From NCBI RefSeq assembly GCF_009834535.1, contig NC_045697.1, positions 108,812,001-108,876,000 on the forward strand: a stretch of 64,000 bases of DNA, in the 5' to 3' direction. Of the stretch, positions 1 through 12,105 are shown in pieces. The notes beneath the pieces were generated by a model. That model worked only from the letters and a program-made list of their open reading frames with translations, did no database searches and was not told the DNA's origin. The DNA is from Camelus ferus. Taxonomy: Eukaryota. The stretch's first letter is position 1. Each line of letters begins with the position of its first letter. Made by a program: the position numbers and the translations under genes.

Positions 1-513
1 TTCTCCAAAAACCTAATAAGTAAGATAATTGATTTAAAACAGCAAGAATATGCTAACAATAGGGAATTATATGAAATTCTCACCATTCTTAAAGTCACAA
101 AACTGAAGTATTCCCCAGTGGTGAAAGGCTCAGAAAGGAGTTAGGAAATGATTTTGGACAGTGTGTATCATTCTGATACTAGATAATTATCAATGTGTTC
201 ACTTATGGGTCCTTTTTCTTTAAAAAAAAATGTATTTTTAAAAAAGGGCCTTATACTGTGATAAACAATAAAACACTATGATCATAAAATAATAATCATC
301 ATCATCAAATACAGTGGAATGGATGGGTTGGTGTATGAATACCTGCAGAGGGGAGATTCTCCCTGCCTTGTTGGGGTGCACATGGCACTCTGGTGGGGCT
401 TTGGCAGGAGGGAAGTGCATTTTCTTTTTCTTTTTTTGCCTTGTTTTATTGTTATTATTGTATTTGGGGGAGTCTGTTTTCGATAGCTGCAGAACACTAC
501 TAAAAACCTTCTC

Positions 514-787
514 AAAAAGGGAACCCTCCTGTGCTGTTGGTGGGAAAGTAATTTGATGCAGCCATTATGGAAAACAGTATGGAGATTCCTTTAAAAACTA
601 AAAATAGACTTACCATATGATCCAGCAATCTCATTCGTGGGCATATATCTGGAAGGAAATCTAATTTGAAAAAATACATGCACCAGAATTTTTATAGCAG
701 CACTATTTACAATATCCAGGACATGGAAATAGCCTAAATGTCCACTGACAGATGAATGAATAAAGAAGTTGTGGTGTATATATATAT

Positions 788-832
<45 letters not shown>

Positions 833-1325
833 CTACTCAGCCATAAAAAAGAATAAAATAATGCCATTTGCAGCAACATGGATGGACCTGGAGATTGTCA
901 TTCTAAGTGAAGTTAGCCAGAAACAGAAAGAAAAATACCATATAATATCATTCATATGTGGAATCTTAAAAAAAGAAGACACAAGTGAACTTATTTACAA
1001 AACAGAAACAGACTCAGACATAGAAAACAAACTTATGGTTACCTGGGGGAAAGGGGGTGGGAAGGGATAAATTGGGAGTTCAAGATTTGCAGATACTAAC
1101 TATTATATATAAAATAGATAAACAACAAGGTCCTATTGTATAGCACAGGGAACGCTATTCAATATCTTTTAGTAACCTATAATAGAAAAGACTATGAAAA
1201 CGAATATATATATATATGTATGTACATATTTGACTGAAACATTATACTGTACACCAGAAATTGACACAACATTGTAAACTGACTATACTTCAGTGAAAAA
1301 AATTTATTTAAATAAAAATAAAAAA
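514..1325 (+). mobile_element. Young 5'-truncated LINE-1 (ORF2 C-terminus, 3' UTR, A-rich tail) with an internal (TA)n microsatellite at about 777-822
   Basis: ORF track gives YYSAIKKNKIMPFAATWMDLEIVILSEVSQ, the L1 ORF2 C-terminus. A typical 3' UTR follows and ends ACAACATTGTAAACTGACTATACTTCA plus an A-rich tail. Confidence 0.95.
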
Positions 1326-2099
1326 CCTCTTCTTTGACCGTCTTTAAGGATGGAGAATTATTCTGGCCAGGAACAGAGTAAGAGAAAACTCACTGTTTTC
1401 ACATACAAACATTAGCATGCTGAAAAAGCAGTGAGAAAAAAAATGTGCTTGCATCTGTGTGGAAAACTGGCAGGACAGGCTCCAGGAATGAAAAGCTACC
1501 TCTGGAGAGGGACAGTGAAAACTGGGTTGGAATGGGGGTGGGGGGTGTGGAGGAGGAGGGGAAGTAAAGATCTCCTTTAATGCACTTCGATGCTACTGGG
1601 AAAAACGTAATATGTGTATTACCTTCTTTATATGAAAAACCAGAAACAAAAAGATGTTGGGAAAAAGAGATCTACAATTATGGAATGCCTTTCAGGCCAG
1701 GTAGGTTGGTGATGCCTGCAGAGAAGACAGACAACTCAATGGGAAAGCTTGAGTTTTTAAGAGAAATTGTATATCAGAATAGGAGTCTCTAGTCAGCAAA
1801 GATGGCAGGAGGAGTTAGAAAAGAGGAAGTGTTTTTGAGTTCAATGCCCAGGAAATGAAGTTTTCTTCTAGCAGCTTCTGTGGACAGAATCCAGAGACGC
1901 TACTAAGTCTGCACATGGATGGCTGCAAAAACATCTTTTATAAAAGGTGGGCTGAGAGTGGGGAAAGGCATCAGACATGGAACTTTAAAAAGCCTTGCTT
2001 ATTCGGTGACCAGAAAAGCCTGTGAATGGGGCTAGAGGGAAGAGTTGGAGAGAAGACAGGGAATGGTGACTGGAATACAGTTCTAAGCTCAGACTAAAG

Positions 2100-2299
2100 C
2101 AGAGGCTCTCACCAGGGGCATGTTTCTCCCCAGGGACATTTGGAAACGTCTAGAGACATTTTTGGTTGTCGTGACCTGGTAGTGCTAGTGGCATCTAGTG
2201 GGTAGACATTCTGCCACACACAAGCCAGCCCCTCCCTCCACCAACAAAGAATTATCCAGCCACCCTAAATGTCAATAGCACTGATACTGAGAATCCTGT
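2100..2299. mobile_element. MER20-like hAT-Charlie DNA transposon fossil
   Basis: CCCCAGGGACATTTGGAAACGTCTAGAGACATTTTTGGTTGTC...GGCATCTAGTGGGTAGA...AATGTCAATAG...TGAGAATCCTG matches the recalled MER20 consensus. Confidence 0.85.
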
Positions 2300-2349
2300 G
2301 CTAAAGTGAAAAGTGAAATTTATTGAAACGTTAACACCTCCCACCAGTT

Positions 2350-2510
2350 GTGCTTTATAGTTTACAAGGTGTTTTTACAGCCATTTGCTCCTCATCCCAA
2401 AGCCTGAGGTAGGGAGGCAGGCAGGCATCCTTATTTCCCTGGGGCAGCTGAGGAAGCAGAAGTCCAGGGACTGAGCCAAGGCCACACGGCTTGGAATCCA
2501 AGTCCTGGGT
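2350..2510 (-). mobile_element. Degraded MIR SINE
   Basis: TTTATAGTTTACAAGG...CTGAGG...CAAGGCCACACGGCT resembles the reverse complement of the MIR core. Confidence 0.55.
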
Positions 2511-2917
2511 CCCGGCTCCATGCTCTGCTGATTCTCGTGGAACCCACGTGACGAAAACACACCCCTTTGAACCAAATGTCTGAGTGAAGACGTGCTAAAC
2601 TCCAGAAAAGGGGGTTCCACTGAAACACAAAGTAGGAGGGCCCCAATTCTAAGATGGAGTGATTGGAAGAAACCGATGGAAAATTATTCAAGTGTCAGTG
2701 AAATAGCTGCAGAGTTTTCTCCTTGATGGCGGCTCTTGGTCACCTTTGCTGTACACCTGCAGGAGGGATTTTTGATATATAGAGATCTGCAAGTGCTTGC
2801 CTTGCTCAGGGAAAGGCAGTCTCACATGGTTACAAAGTGGGGCCTGTAAAGAGATGTCTGGTGGGCAATACGGTTGGAGAAGAAGCAGGGACAAGGGCCT
2901 GGAGATTGAGAAGGGAA

Positions 2918-2997
2918 CTGGGTTCAATCCTCAGTACCTCCATTAAAAAAATAATAAATTAAATAAAAACCTAATTATCTGCCCTCCCTAAAAAAAA
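2918..2997 (+). mobile_element. 5'-truncated tRNA-Ala-derived (Vic-1-type) SINE
   Basis: CTGGGTTCAATCCTCAGTACCTCCATTAAAAAA...CCTAATTATCTGCCCTCCC plus A tail. Same 3' half as the full copies at 18665 and 40447. Confidence 0.85.
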
Positions 2998-3695
2998 GAC
3001 TGATTTAAAAAATAAATAAATAAATTTAAAAAAATAAGATACATCGTTTTAAAAAGTAAAAATAAAATAAAAGCATTGCACTTGATGCTGATGGGTTTTC
3101 ACCGAGGACCGGGTACTTTGCTACAATCTGGGTGAAACAACTTACTGAGAGGTTGGAGGCGGATGAAAATAGCATCTCACACGGCTGCCCATGTGGGTGC
3201 CTCGTGAAGTACATCGTGGTGAAGTCATAGCACAAACACTCACATGACCAGCCATCATCTGACACTAACCCAAATAGGTTTATTACTACAATTCTAAATT
3301 CAAATCAACCGAAATAGGCTACTGTGTGTTCCTAGGGTAGCTGGTGTCATTTACACTTGCTGACTCTGGAATGGAGATCATCGCCCTCAAAGGCTTTAAA
3401 AAGGAAAGCCCTAATTTACTTACAGCACCATGCTGGGTACTACAGCAAGTAAGTTGCTGTCTTTTCCTCTTACAATTCATATTTTAATATGACATTTTAA
3501 TATTTCTCAGGTGATTCATGCTCACTGTAGAAACATTAGAAGACGCAAATAAGCTAATGGCAGAAAATAAAAGTGTTGCCCACTATTTCTTTCCAGAGGT
3601 ATTTTTTTCAAATTAAGTAAAGATAAATTATCACTTTCCCAAAGAATAATTCTGAAATCACACTTGTGTTTTCCTGTCTAAAAATTAAAATTTTC

Positions 3696-4428
3696 TGAAT
3701 GTAAATTGGTGCAGCCACTATGGAGGACAGTATGGAGGTTCCTTAAAAAAATGAAAATAGACTTACCATATGATCCAGCAATCCTACTTTTGGGCATATA
3801 TTTGGAGAAAAATATAATTCAAAAAGATGCATGCACCCCAGTGTTCATAGCAGCACTATTTACAACAGCCAAGACATGGAAGCAACCTAAATGTCCATCA
3901 ACAGATGACTGGATAAAGAAGATGTGTGTATGTGTGTGTACACGTACACACAACAGAATACTACTCAGCCATAAAAGAGAATAAAATAATGCCATTTGCA
4001 GCAACATGGATGGGCCTGGAGATTGTCATTCTAAGTTAAGTAAGCCAGAAACAGAAAGAAAAATGTGATATAACTTATCTGTGGAATCTAAAAAAAAAAG
4101 ACACAAATGAATTACTTATTATTTATAACTTAGATGACTGATTTCTTGAATATGTGTAAGCACATTTGACTGTCCTTTATGATTGGATTACTGCATTCTG
4201 TTGATTCTTACTTTGTGGTTGGCTTTATTCCTTTGATAACTATGCAAGTTCAAAAAGCTAAAGCTCTAAACTTTTCTTAGAAACAATGAATATAATATAT
4301 ATGTAAATTTTAAAAAATATGTCCAGTATATTGTATATTCGGATTTACATGCAATATATTGTATATGAGTAGTCAAATTGTATCAATTTTACCTAATAAA
4401 ACTGAAAAATGAAAGAAATAAAAATTAA
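3696..4428 (+). mobile_element. 5'-truncated L1 insertion with an atypical 3' segment, flanked by a 17-bp TSD
   Basis: ORF 3706-3984 ([14 protein letters not shown]...PYDPAI) is L1 ORF2. The direct repeat TAAAAATTAAAATTTTC lies at 3679-3695 and 4429-4445. Confidence 0.85.
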
Positions 4429-5528
4429 TAAAAATTAAAATTTTCCATTTATGTAAGTACATGAACCTAATCTATCCTCCAGGTAATTCTTTTTATTCTT
4501 GGTGAAGTTGATGTCAATGTGATAACCTCTTGCTTACTTGGGGAATATATTTACATGTAGAAGATTATTTGACTTAAAAAAAAAACTCTACGGCATTACC
4601 TCATTAACTGGTTTTATCTTACCTGGTTAATTTATTATTTCTAAATATTCTTAGCCATTTAGAAATTATAACATTGTGTATTATTTGTTCCTATAGAGCA
4701 CATTTTTATTTCAGCCCTAATAACTTAGTTTTCACTTCTTTTCCTCAAAACAGGTTAAGAATCATTTCTGATTCTAAAGGAGAAACTTTGATTCTAATTT
4801 ACTTCATTCTTTAAATTTGAGGCAGTGGAAATCAGTGTGTGTCACTCATTCGGAGCTCTCCAGGACACGGAAGTACAAGTGGCACAGAGATGGTATTATG
4901 ACTGAAGATCCTGGTTCTAGAGTTACTTTCTAAATCATCCTTTTAAACATGCAAGTCACTGTGCCTTTCAATTCCCAACTTCCTCTTACAGTTTCAGTGA
5001 AGACGCATCAGGATATTGTATTGTCTTGAAGTTGGCATCAGTTGGACTCAAAAGGGCACTGGATCCAACATTGTGCAGTGATCCACTAGGGAGAGGGCCT
5101 GTGGGCTTTTGCCCTATAAAGATGATAATGAACTAATCAAAATCTGTCCCTCTGAAATCAGGACTAAAGGACCTGTAGCTCTTTGGCCAGTCGGGAGTGA
5201 AAGGAGAAGGCAGAATTCACAAGCATAGAAAGAGAGGCCTGTGAGAGAGACCGCGTGGGGCAGACAAGCTGGAGGCAAGGAGAGGTTGGACCAGAGCTGT
5301 GAGCATCCGTCCACACGCATCCTTTCTCTTAAGGCGGTCAGATGTCCTGGTTTTGTTTTGAACAATGAAAAGTGCTCTATGCTTATTTTCATCCTAGAGT
5401 TCCCAGTAATTAGCATAAGCTAGACACAAAGTGAGTCTTAACATTTATGGAAGTAAGTAATTCATTTGTCCCTCAAACAATATTTTATTCAAGAGCTTAG
5501 AAAAAACTCCATGTGAAATATCATGATT

Positions 5529-6672
5529 CTGAAAGACAATACCAAGAGAATTAGAAAACAAGACCCAGACTGAGAGGAAATACTTGCAAAAGACACATCT
5601 GATAAAGAACAGCTATCCAAAACATACAAAGAACCCATAAAACTCAACCATAAGAAAACAAACAATTCAATTAAAAAGTGGGCCGAAGATCTTAACAGAC
5701 ACCTCACCAAAGAAGATACACAGATGGCAAATAAGCATGTGAAATGATGTGCCACATCATATGTTATCAGGGAAATGGAAATTAAGACAACAATGAGATA
5801 CCACTATACACCTATTAGAATGGCCAAAATCCAGAACACTGACAGCGCCGAATGCTGGCTAGGATGTGGAGCAACTGGAATTTTCATTTATTGCTGGTGG
5901 GAACACAAAATGGTACAGCCACTTTGGAAGACAGTTTGCCAGTTTCTTACAAAATGAAACAAACTCTTACCAAAGGACTCATCAATCATGCTTCTTGGTA
6001 TTTACCCAGAAGAGCTGAAAATTTTACGTCCACACAAAAACCTGCACTGGATATTTCTGGCAGCTTTATTCATAATTGCCAAATCTTGGAAGCAACCAAG
6101 ATGTCCTTCAGCTGGTAAATGGATAAATAAACTATGATACATCCAGACAATGGATTATTTGGAACTAAAAAGAAATGAGCTCTCAAGTCATGAAAAAATA
6201 TGGAGAAATCTTAAATGCATATTAATAAGTGAAAGGAGCCAATCTGAAAAGGCTATAAGTACTGTCTGATTCCAACTATACGGCATTCTGGAAAAGGCAA
6301 AACTATGGAGACAGTAAAAAAAATTGGTAGTGGCCAAGGACTGGGTTGGGGAGGGATGAACAGGCAGAGCAGAGAGGATTTTTAAGTCAGTGAAACTGCT
6401 TTGCATGATATTATCATGGTGGACTCACATCATTATACATTTGTCTAACTCCATAAAATGTACACCACCAAGAGTGAACCCTAATGTAAACCGTGGTCTT
6501 TGGGTGATAATGATGTATCAATGTAGGTTCCTCAGTTGTAACAAATGTACCACTCTGGTGGGGGACTTTTCTGGGGGGCTATACATGTATGGGACAGGGA
6601 GTGTATGGGAAAGCTCTGTACCTTCTTAATTTTGTTGTGAACCTAAAACTACTCTTAAAAAATATTTTTTTA
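5529..6672 (+). mobile_element. Old LINE-1 (L1MC-like) ORF2 end and 3' UTR
   Basis: [22 protein letters not shown]...[15 protein letters not shown] is L1 ORF2. The 3' UTR contains CACCAAGAGTGAACCCTAATGTAAAC, typical of L1MC as recalled. Confidence 0.9.
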
Positions 6673-6777
6673 AATACAGAAAAAAAAACAATTCCCAGTC
6701 TCAGGAAATTTATGAGATATACACACATACCCACAGACAAATAAAAATATAGTAATTTTAAGATGGCTAAAATAATA

Positions 6778-7215
6778 TGTATCATTTAGGATGCTTTTGG
6801 CTTCAACAAACAGAAGACCTAACTTAAATGGCTTAAACAAAGAGAAGCTCACATAACAGGAAGTCCAGAAAGAAGACAGATCCAGGGTTTGTTGGTTTGG
6901 TGGCCCAAGGACATCATCAAGAAAGGACTTGGATTCATCCCACCTTTGAGCTCAGCTATCTTCAAGGTATTGACAGTGGTCCTGAGGCTTGTTCCCTCAT
7001 AGATGCCAGATGGCTCTTCCTCCGCCAAGGCTGAAACCTCACGCAGCAGTCTGAAGTCTGGCACAGAGAATATTCCTGAGAGCTGTTAACAAGGACAGCG
7101 TTCCCAGAGACCCACCAGCAGGCTTTCCTGCACGTTTCATTACCATTTTTGTACTAGTCACTGGCAGGGAAAATAGAATTACCTTTATTGGTTTAGCCTA
7201 ATCCAAAGTCAGCTC
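6778..7215 (-). mobile_element. Ancient ERVL/MaLR-class LTR (LTR33/MLT1-like)
   Basis: TGTATCATTTAGGATGCTTTTGGCTTCAACAAACAGAAGACCTAACTTAAATGGCTTAAACAA...TCACATAACAGGAAGTCCAG resembles the antisense end of these LTRs. Confidence 0.65.
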
Positions 7216-7221
7216 CGATTA

Positions 7222-7448
7222 CACAATACTGTATAACTGAAGTTTCCAAGAGAAGAGAAGTTAAATGTTCTCTCTCTCTCTCACACACACACGATAAATA
7301 CATAAAATGATGGATATGATAATTAACCAGATGGGAATATTTTCACGATGTATATGTATATCAAACCATCACAAAGTACACTTTAAGTATCAATTAGTTA
7401 AGTGACAATTTTTTTTGTCAATTATATCTCAATAAAGCTGAAAAAAAA
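7222..7448 (+). mobile_element. L1MA/L1MB-type 3' terminus
   Basis: Ends TGTCAATTATATCTCAATAAAGCTGAAAAAAA, the characteristic old-L1 3' end. Confidence 0.8.
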
Positions 7449-7788
7449 CCTTTAAAGGGGCCCACAAAGCACATGACTTCCCAAAGCCTCAACCTAATAA
7501 GGGTCTGGTTACCAGAAAAGGGGTGTGCAGAAGATGACTCACTCTGAGTGGGTAACTAATGTGTCAAAAGGGCAAATAAAAAAATACTGATAAAATAAAA
7601 GAGTATAAATTAGAATTAAAGGTGGTAAGAAAAATCTAGATAAAAGGTTAACTAAGATGAAAGATTAAATATACCATAATTTAATGAGGAGAGGAAAACA
7701 AAAGCTGAGGAAAATTAAGATCTCACTGAAACATTAAACCTGGAAAACTAAAATACTGAAAGGATAAAATGATAAAATAAGTTAGGAC

Positions 7789-7975
7789 CAGCAGTTCTCA
7801 AAGTATGGTTCTTGGAAGGCAGCAGCAGCATCACCTGGGAGCTTGTTAGGGAGGCAAAGGCCTGCCCCCCACCCCCACCCCAGGGCCACTGAATCAGAAA
7901 CTCTGGGGTGGGGCCCAGCCTCCACTTTAACAAGCTCTCCTGGTGATTCTGATGCAGCCAAAATCTGAGGACCTC
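7789..7975. mobile_element. MER5A-like hAT-Charlie element
   Basis: CAGCAGTTCTCAAAGTATGG...CAGCAGCATCACCTGGGAGCTTGTTAG...GAATCAGAAACTCTGGGGTGGGGCCCAG...TTTAACAAGC...GGTGATTCTGATGC. Confidence 0.9.
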
Positions 7976-8167
7976 AAAGGAAAACAGACGCTGTAAAACA
8001 CGAAGAATTAATTGTACCACTGAAAAAGATCAATAGGCAAAAAGGGCAAAATAAAAACCAACACGTGGACCAATTCCAGGGTTAGCGGTCCTCTGATCCC
8101 CGTTACCCTCCCCCTTCATCCCCTTCCCAACTGACCACCTATTTGGTTGCACGGCCAAAGCTAAAAT

Positions 8168-8350
8168 CAGTGGTTCTCACCCTGGCTATGCTTTAGAATC
8201 ACCTGGAGAATATTTAAATAATGTTCAGATCTCAGATGCCACCTCAGACTAACTGATCGGAATCCCTAGGGCTGGGGACCTGGCGTCTGTATTTTTCAAG
8301 AAGCCTTTAGGTGACTCTGTTGGACAACTATAGCTTTGAACAGAGCCTCT
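8168..8350. mobile_element. MER5-family element
   Basis: CAGTGGTTCTCACCCTGGCT...TTAGAATCACCTGGAGA...CTGTATTTTTCAAG...AGGTGACTCT. Confidence 0.75.
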
Positions 8351-9397
8351 GGGCTGAGAGCTGAGGGTCAGAGAGGCCTCCTGCTCTCGGCCTCACATTT
8401 GCTGCTCATAGCCCCAACAGCCAGGCTATGAACATTTAGGAAAAGATGAAGCAAGCACATGTGCAGCTCATTTCTTTTCTCCAGCAGATCTGCACGTACC
8501 TGCCCTAGCAAGACACATCTGATCCTCAAATAACGCCATCTGAATCCCGGATTTTCCAGCATGGGAAAGCACAGGCTGATACTGAAACCCTTGATGTCCC
8601 TTCCATTGTCTAAACACCCGCTGCAATCACAACGTCCTCCAGCTAAGCAGCGCCCCATCAGTGCGGCTGCTCTGGACGGGCACAGCTTGGCCCCCACGGA
8701 GGCTGGGCCTGGCAGTGAAAAGCAAACCACAGTGGTCAACACCTCCTCTAAGCACCCCTCGAAGAGTGACCCTGGCCAGGCTGATCTGGTACTTTGCTCT
8801 CTCACCAAGAATGGGGCAGTCCTTTAGCTCGACCTTGGGCAGGTGTACGAGCCGGTTTCCCTCTCCGGTTCACTTTCAGCCCCTCTCTAACATTGGCGCT
8901 TGCTTGATCCTTTAACTTAGTGCACTGGACTCCAGGGGCCCATGGTCCGCACCACTGCCCGCTCATTGAATCAGCAGCGCCTACAAGGTAAGGCGCTTCC
9001 TGTTCATTTGGAGGAGTCCTGGAGTCCTGACCATTAAAGGACCAGATTGTAGGCCCCTGGTCCACTCTTCATTTCCCTGAACTTCATTTTTTTACAGAGT
9101 CCTCCCCTGCACCCCTGACTGCCAGTCTGCCCTTATCCACTCTGCTGATGGGACCTGCTGACTCACTGCCCCAGGTGTCCTTCAGTCAGCTTCCTGGACA
9201 CACGCCGTCCCCTTATCACTCATATTCAGTGTCTGAGCCGATGATTCCCAAGCACAGCTAGACTCCCCTGAGAAGACGATATATACACATATCGATAGGG
9301 CTTTGTGGTGGTATCGCAACTCAAGAGAATGAGAGCAGAGAGGGAATAGAGAAGGGCCTAAGGGAGGTGCCTAAAGGAACCTAAGGTATTTGCGTGT

Positions 9398-10190
9398 GTA
9401 TATATATATATATATATAACATAGTATATAATTACATATAAGACAATATACTATAATTAGACACAATATATTATTTATTATAATTACATACATTATGTAA
9501 TGTTTAGAGAAATTTATATATAATATGTTATCATAACATATATAGGTAAATTCATATATAAATGAATTTGCCTATATAATATAATGAAATACAATATACA
9601 ATCATATATAACTAATATAGTATACATTATATTGATTATAATATGTAAAATTCCTTTAATATCATTTATTATATGTAATTATATTATACATATATGAGTT
9701 TCTAAGAAATTCTATTTTATATAATTATTTATATGTAATATATAATAATTAATATATGATACATTAATTATATGTGCATATAAAATTACATGTTATATGT
9801 AATTATACGTGAATTCCTTTATATATTATATGTAGTTATATTATACATTTACACATATAAATTCCTTAGGAATTCATAGATATGCATAATATTTTAATTA
9901 ATACAATATATAATATCTAAAGGAATTTTTATATAATATTAAAATTAATTACATATGATTATATATTATATGTAATTATTATATATAAATTATTTATATA
10001 AATTCACATAGTGTATGAAATAATATATTATGTATAAATTTCTTTGGGTATTATATATTCTGTATAATTATTTTATCTTATATATAAACTATATAAATTC
10101 ACATATTATATGTAATGATAATATATTATATATGTGTGTAATTATTTTATATATTATACATAAATTATTTTATATGTATATTATATATAT
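9398..10190. repeat. About 800-bp extremely AT-rich degenerate (TA)n / minisatellite tract
   Basis: Almost entirely A/T, with recurring TATATGTAATTATA and AATTCCTT(T/A) units. MER5-like remnants lie nearby (about 10215-10305). Confidence 0.9.
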
Positions 10191-11121
10191 TTTCCCTAGG
10201 GTCCCTTCTAATTTAGATTAGACCATTTTAAGTGTTCTAGGGAGGGGCCTGAGCATTTTAGAAGCTTTTCAAGCGACTGTGTGCAGCTGGGATTGAGAAC
10301 CACCGATTTCGAATGAAATCTTGATAAACTCAGATGTCTAGTAAATATAACATATTTAAGGCAAAAAGAAGAAATAAAGCTAACAGAAGTTCACAGGTAA
10401 TTCACGTCCAAGGGAAGGAGGCCCGGCAGGTCGGCTCCTCCCCGCCCTCACCCTCTCCAGAAGCGTTATGACAAAACACTCTCAGTGGCTTCTGCAGCAC
10501 TGAACCTCCAGCTTCCACGATGTCCCACAGGATTTGCCCACACTGCCCCTCCCGGAGGGGGCTCAGTTCAGTCGCCTCTTCACATCTGCCCTCTGGTCTG
10601 CCCTTATCACATCTGCCCTCAGCCTCCCTCGAACCAACCACACAGCGGATGCTCCTGCGGCGTCTTCTTGTCTTCAAGGCCAGCTGAGCTGAGCCTCCCC
10701 AGCAGTGGCAAAGCAAGACACGTGAGAGGAGCGCCCTGCAGAGACCCGGCGGCGGCCACTGCGGTCAGCGGAGAAGACGGCTGCAGGTAGGTGACCAGCT
10801 GTCCTGCTTGCTTATTTCAGTGCTAAAACCGGGATGGTCTTGGACAGATCAGGTCGGTTAGTCACCCTACAGCCAAGCACAGCTTTGTATCTTTCCGGAA
10901 TGGAAACTCAGTGAGGCAGTGAGACCTTCCTTAATATAAGCATTTTCTGTTCTTTTTGTTGTCCTGCACCCATGCAGGGAGCTAGTTTTCCAATTTTATT
11001 TTATATTTTTTTAAATTAAGCAATTGATATGTCAATCATAGAAATATTTAAATATTCAGAGAAGCAAGAGGAAAACAAAAGAAATAGCTTGTGATCTCAC
11101 TCCCCAGGGAAAACACTTTTT

Positions 11122-11252
11122 AAAATTTTATTATTTATTTATTACTTTTTTACTTATTATTTAATGGAGGTACTTGGGATCAAACCCAGGACCTCATCCC
11201 AGGACCTCATGCATGCTAAGCATGTCCTTTACCACTGAGCTATACCCTCCTC
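11122..11252 (-). mobile_element. tRNA-Ala-derived (Vic-1-type) SINE with an internal 13-bp tandem duplication
   Basis: Reverse complement of GGAGGGTATAGCTCAGTGGTA...; the TSD AAAAACACTTTT is on both sides; CCCAGGACCTCAT is duplicated at 11185-11210. Confidence 0.9.
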
Positions 11253-11629
11253 TCAAAAAAACACTTTTGAGATTCTGGCATTTCTCCATTCGATCTTTTT
11301 CTGCACTAAACTTTCTTTTTCTAAACTTCTATGCAGATATAAACATGTTACAATTATTTTTCTATTAGAGAAATCAAAGATGATGGGAGAAGAGAAAAGA
11401 GAATTATGCACAAATAAAAGATGGCATACAAAGGGACATGAAAAATAAAACATGAATGACGAGGTAAGTTAGAGTAAAACTGGAAAGTATTTGAGAATTG
11501 CTGGAGCCACAGCCTGGCTCGGAGACATCAGGTCGTGCTTTGTCCGTGGAGGGAAATGGGTGGAACCTCAATGTCATGCTCCCAACAACTCTGCTGGTGA
11601 CCTGTGTTCTGTGCATGTTCTAAGCTCCA

Positions 11630-12075
11630 GAGCTCAAGGGGACTGGACAACACTTTCATGAGAGGCCATTGCTCTAGCACATGGAAAGGGCTCGGGAAAA
11701 GAAACAGATAACTCAGGGGAGCACAATGAGGCCTTTGAGCAGAGGTGAAAAACCAGAAGTATTCAGCCTGAGAAGAAAGGAAATGAGGGACAACTTAATA
11801 GCACTCTTCATGCAGATGAAGGGTTTGCTCCACAGGGTGGTGACCTGCTATTCCCCATCTTCACTAAGGGCTGAAAAAGGAGGACAAACAACAAATGGAC
11901 CTCTTGTGTGTAAGTGCTTTTTACTCTGCCCAAAGACTTTCCTTCCCATTGGTTGATATCATCCTCAGAACACCTTTGAGATGCTGAAGGCACTACACAA
12001 GGGATTTAGGTTCCGCAGGAGAAACTGCCGTGAGGGTTGTTAAGGCATCCAGTGAGCTCTTCCATGGAGGTCACA
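11630..12075 (+). mobile_element. CR1/L3 LINE fossil (ORF2 3' region)
   Basis: Translation FSLRRKEMRDNLIALFMQMKG resembles the CR1 ORF2 C-terminal motif FSLEKRRLRGDLIAxFKYLKG. The downstream GGGATTTAGGTT...GTGAGGGTTGTTAAGGCA...CCATGGAGGT also resembles CR1. Confidence 0.7.
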
Positions 12076-12105
12076 GACTATTCCTGGTCAATAAAAATAG
12101 AACCA

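Noticed and set aside
5074..5100. CTCF-like motifs (CCACTAGGGAGAG here; GTGACCTCTAGTGTT near 42785)
   Set aside because: They mismatch key core positions and cannot be supported without a PWM scan or ChIP data.
8368..8808. 146-aa minus-strand ORF with an internal donor-like CAG|GTACGT
   Set aside because: No recognisable protein similarity in any frame and no convincing partner exons.
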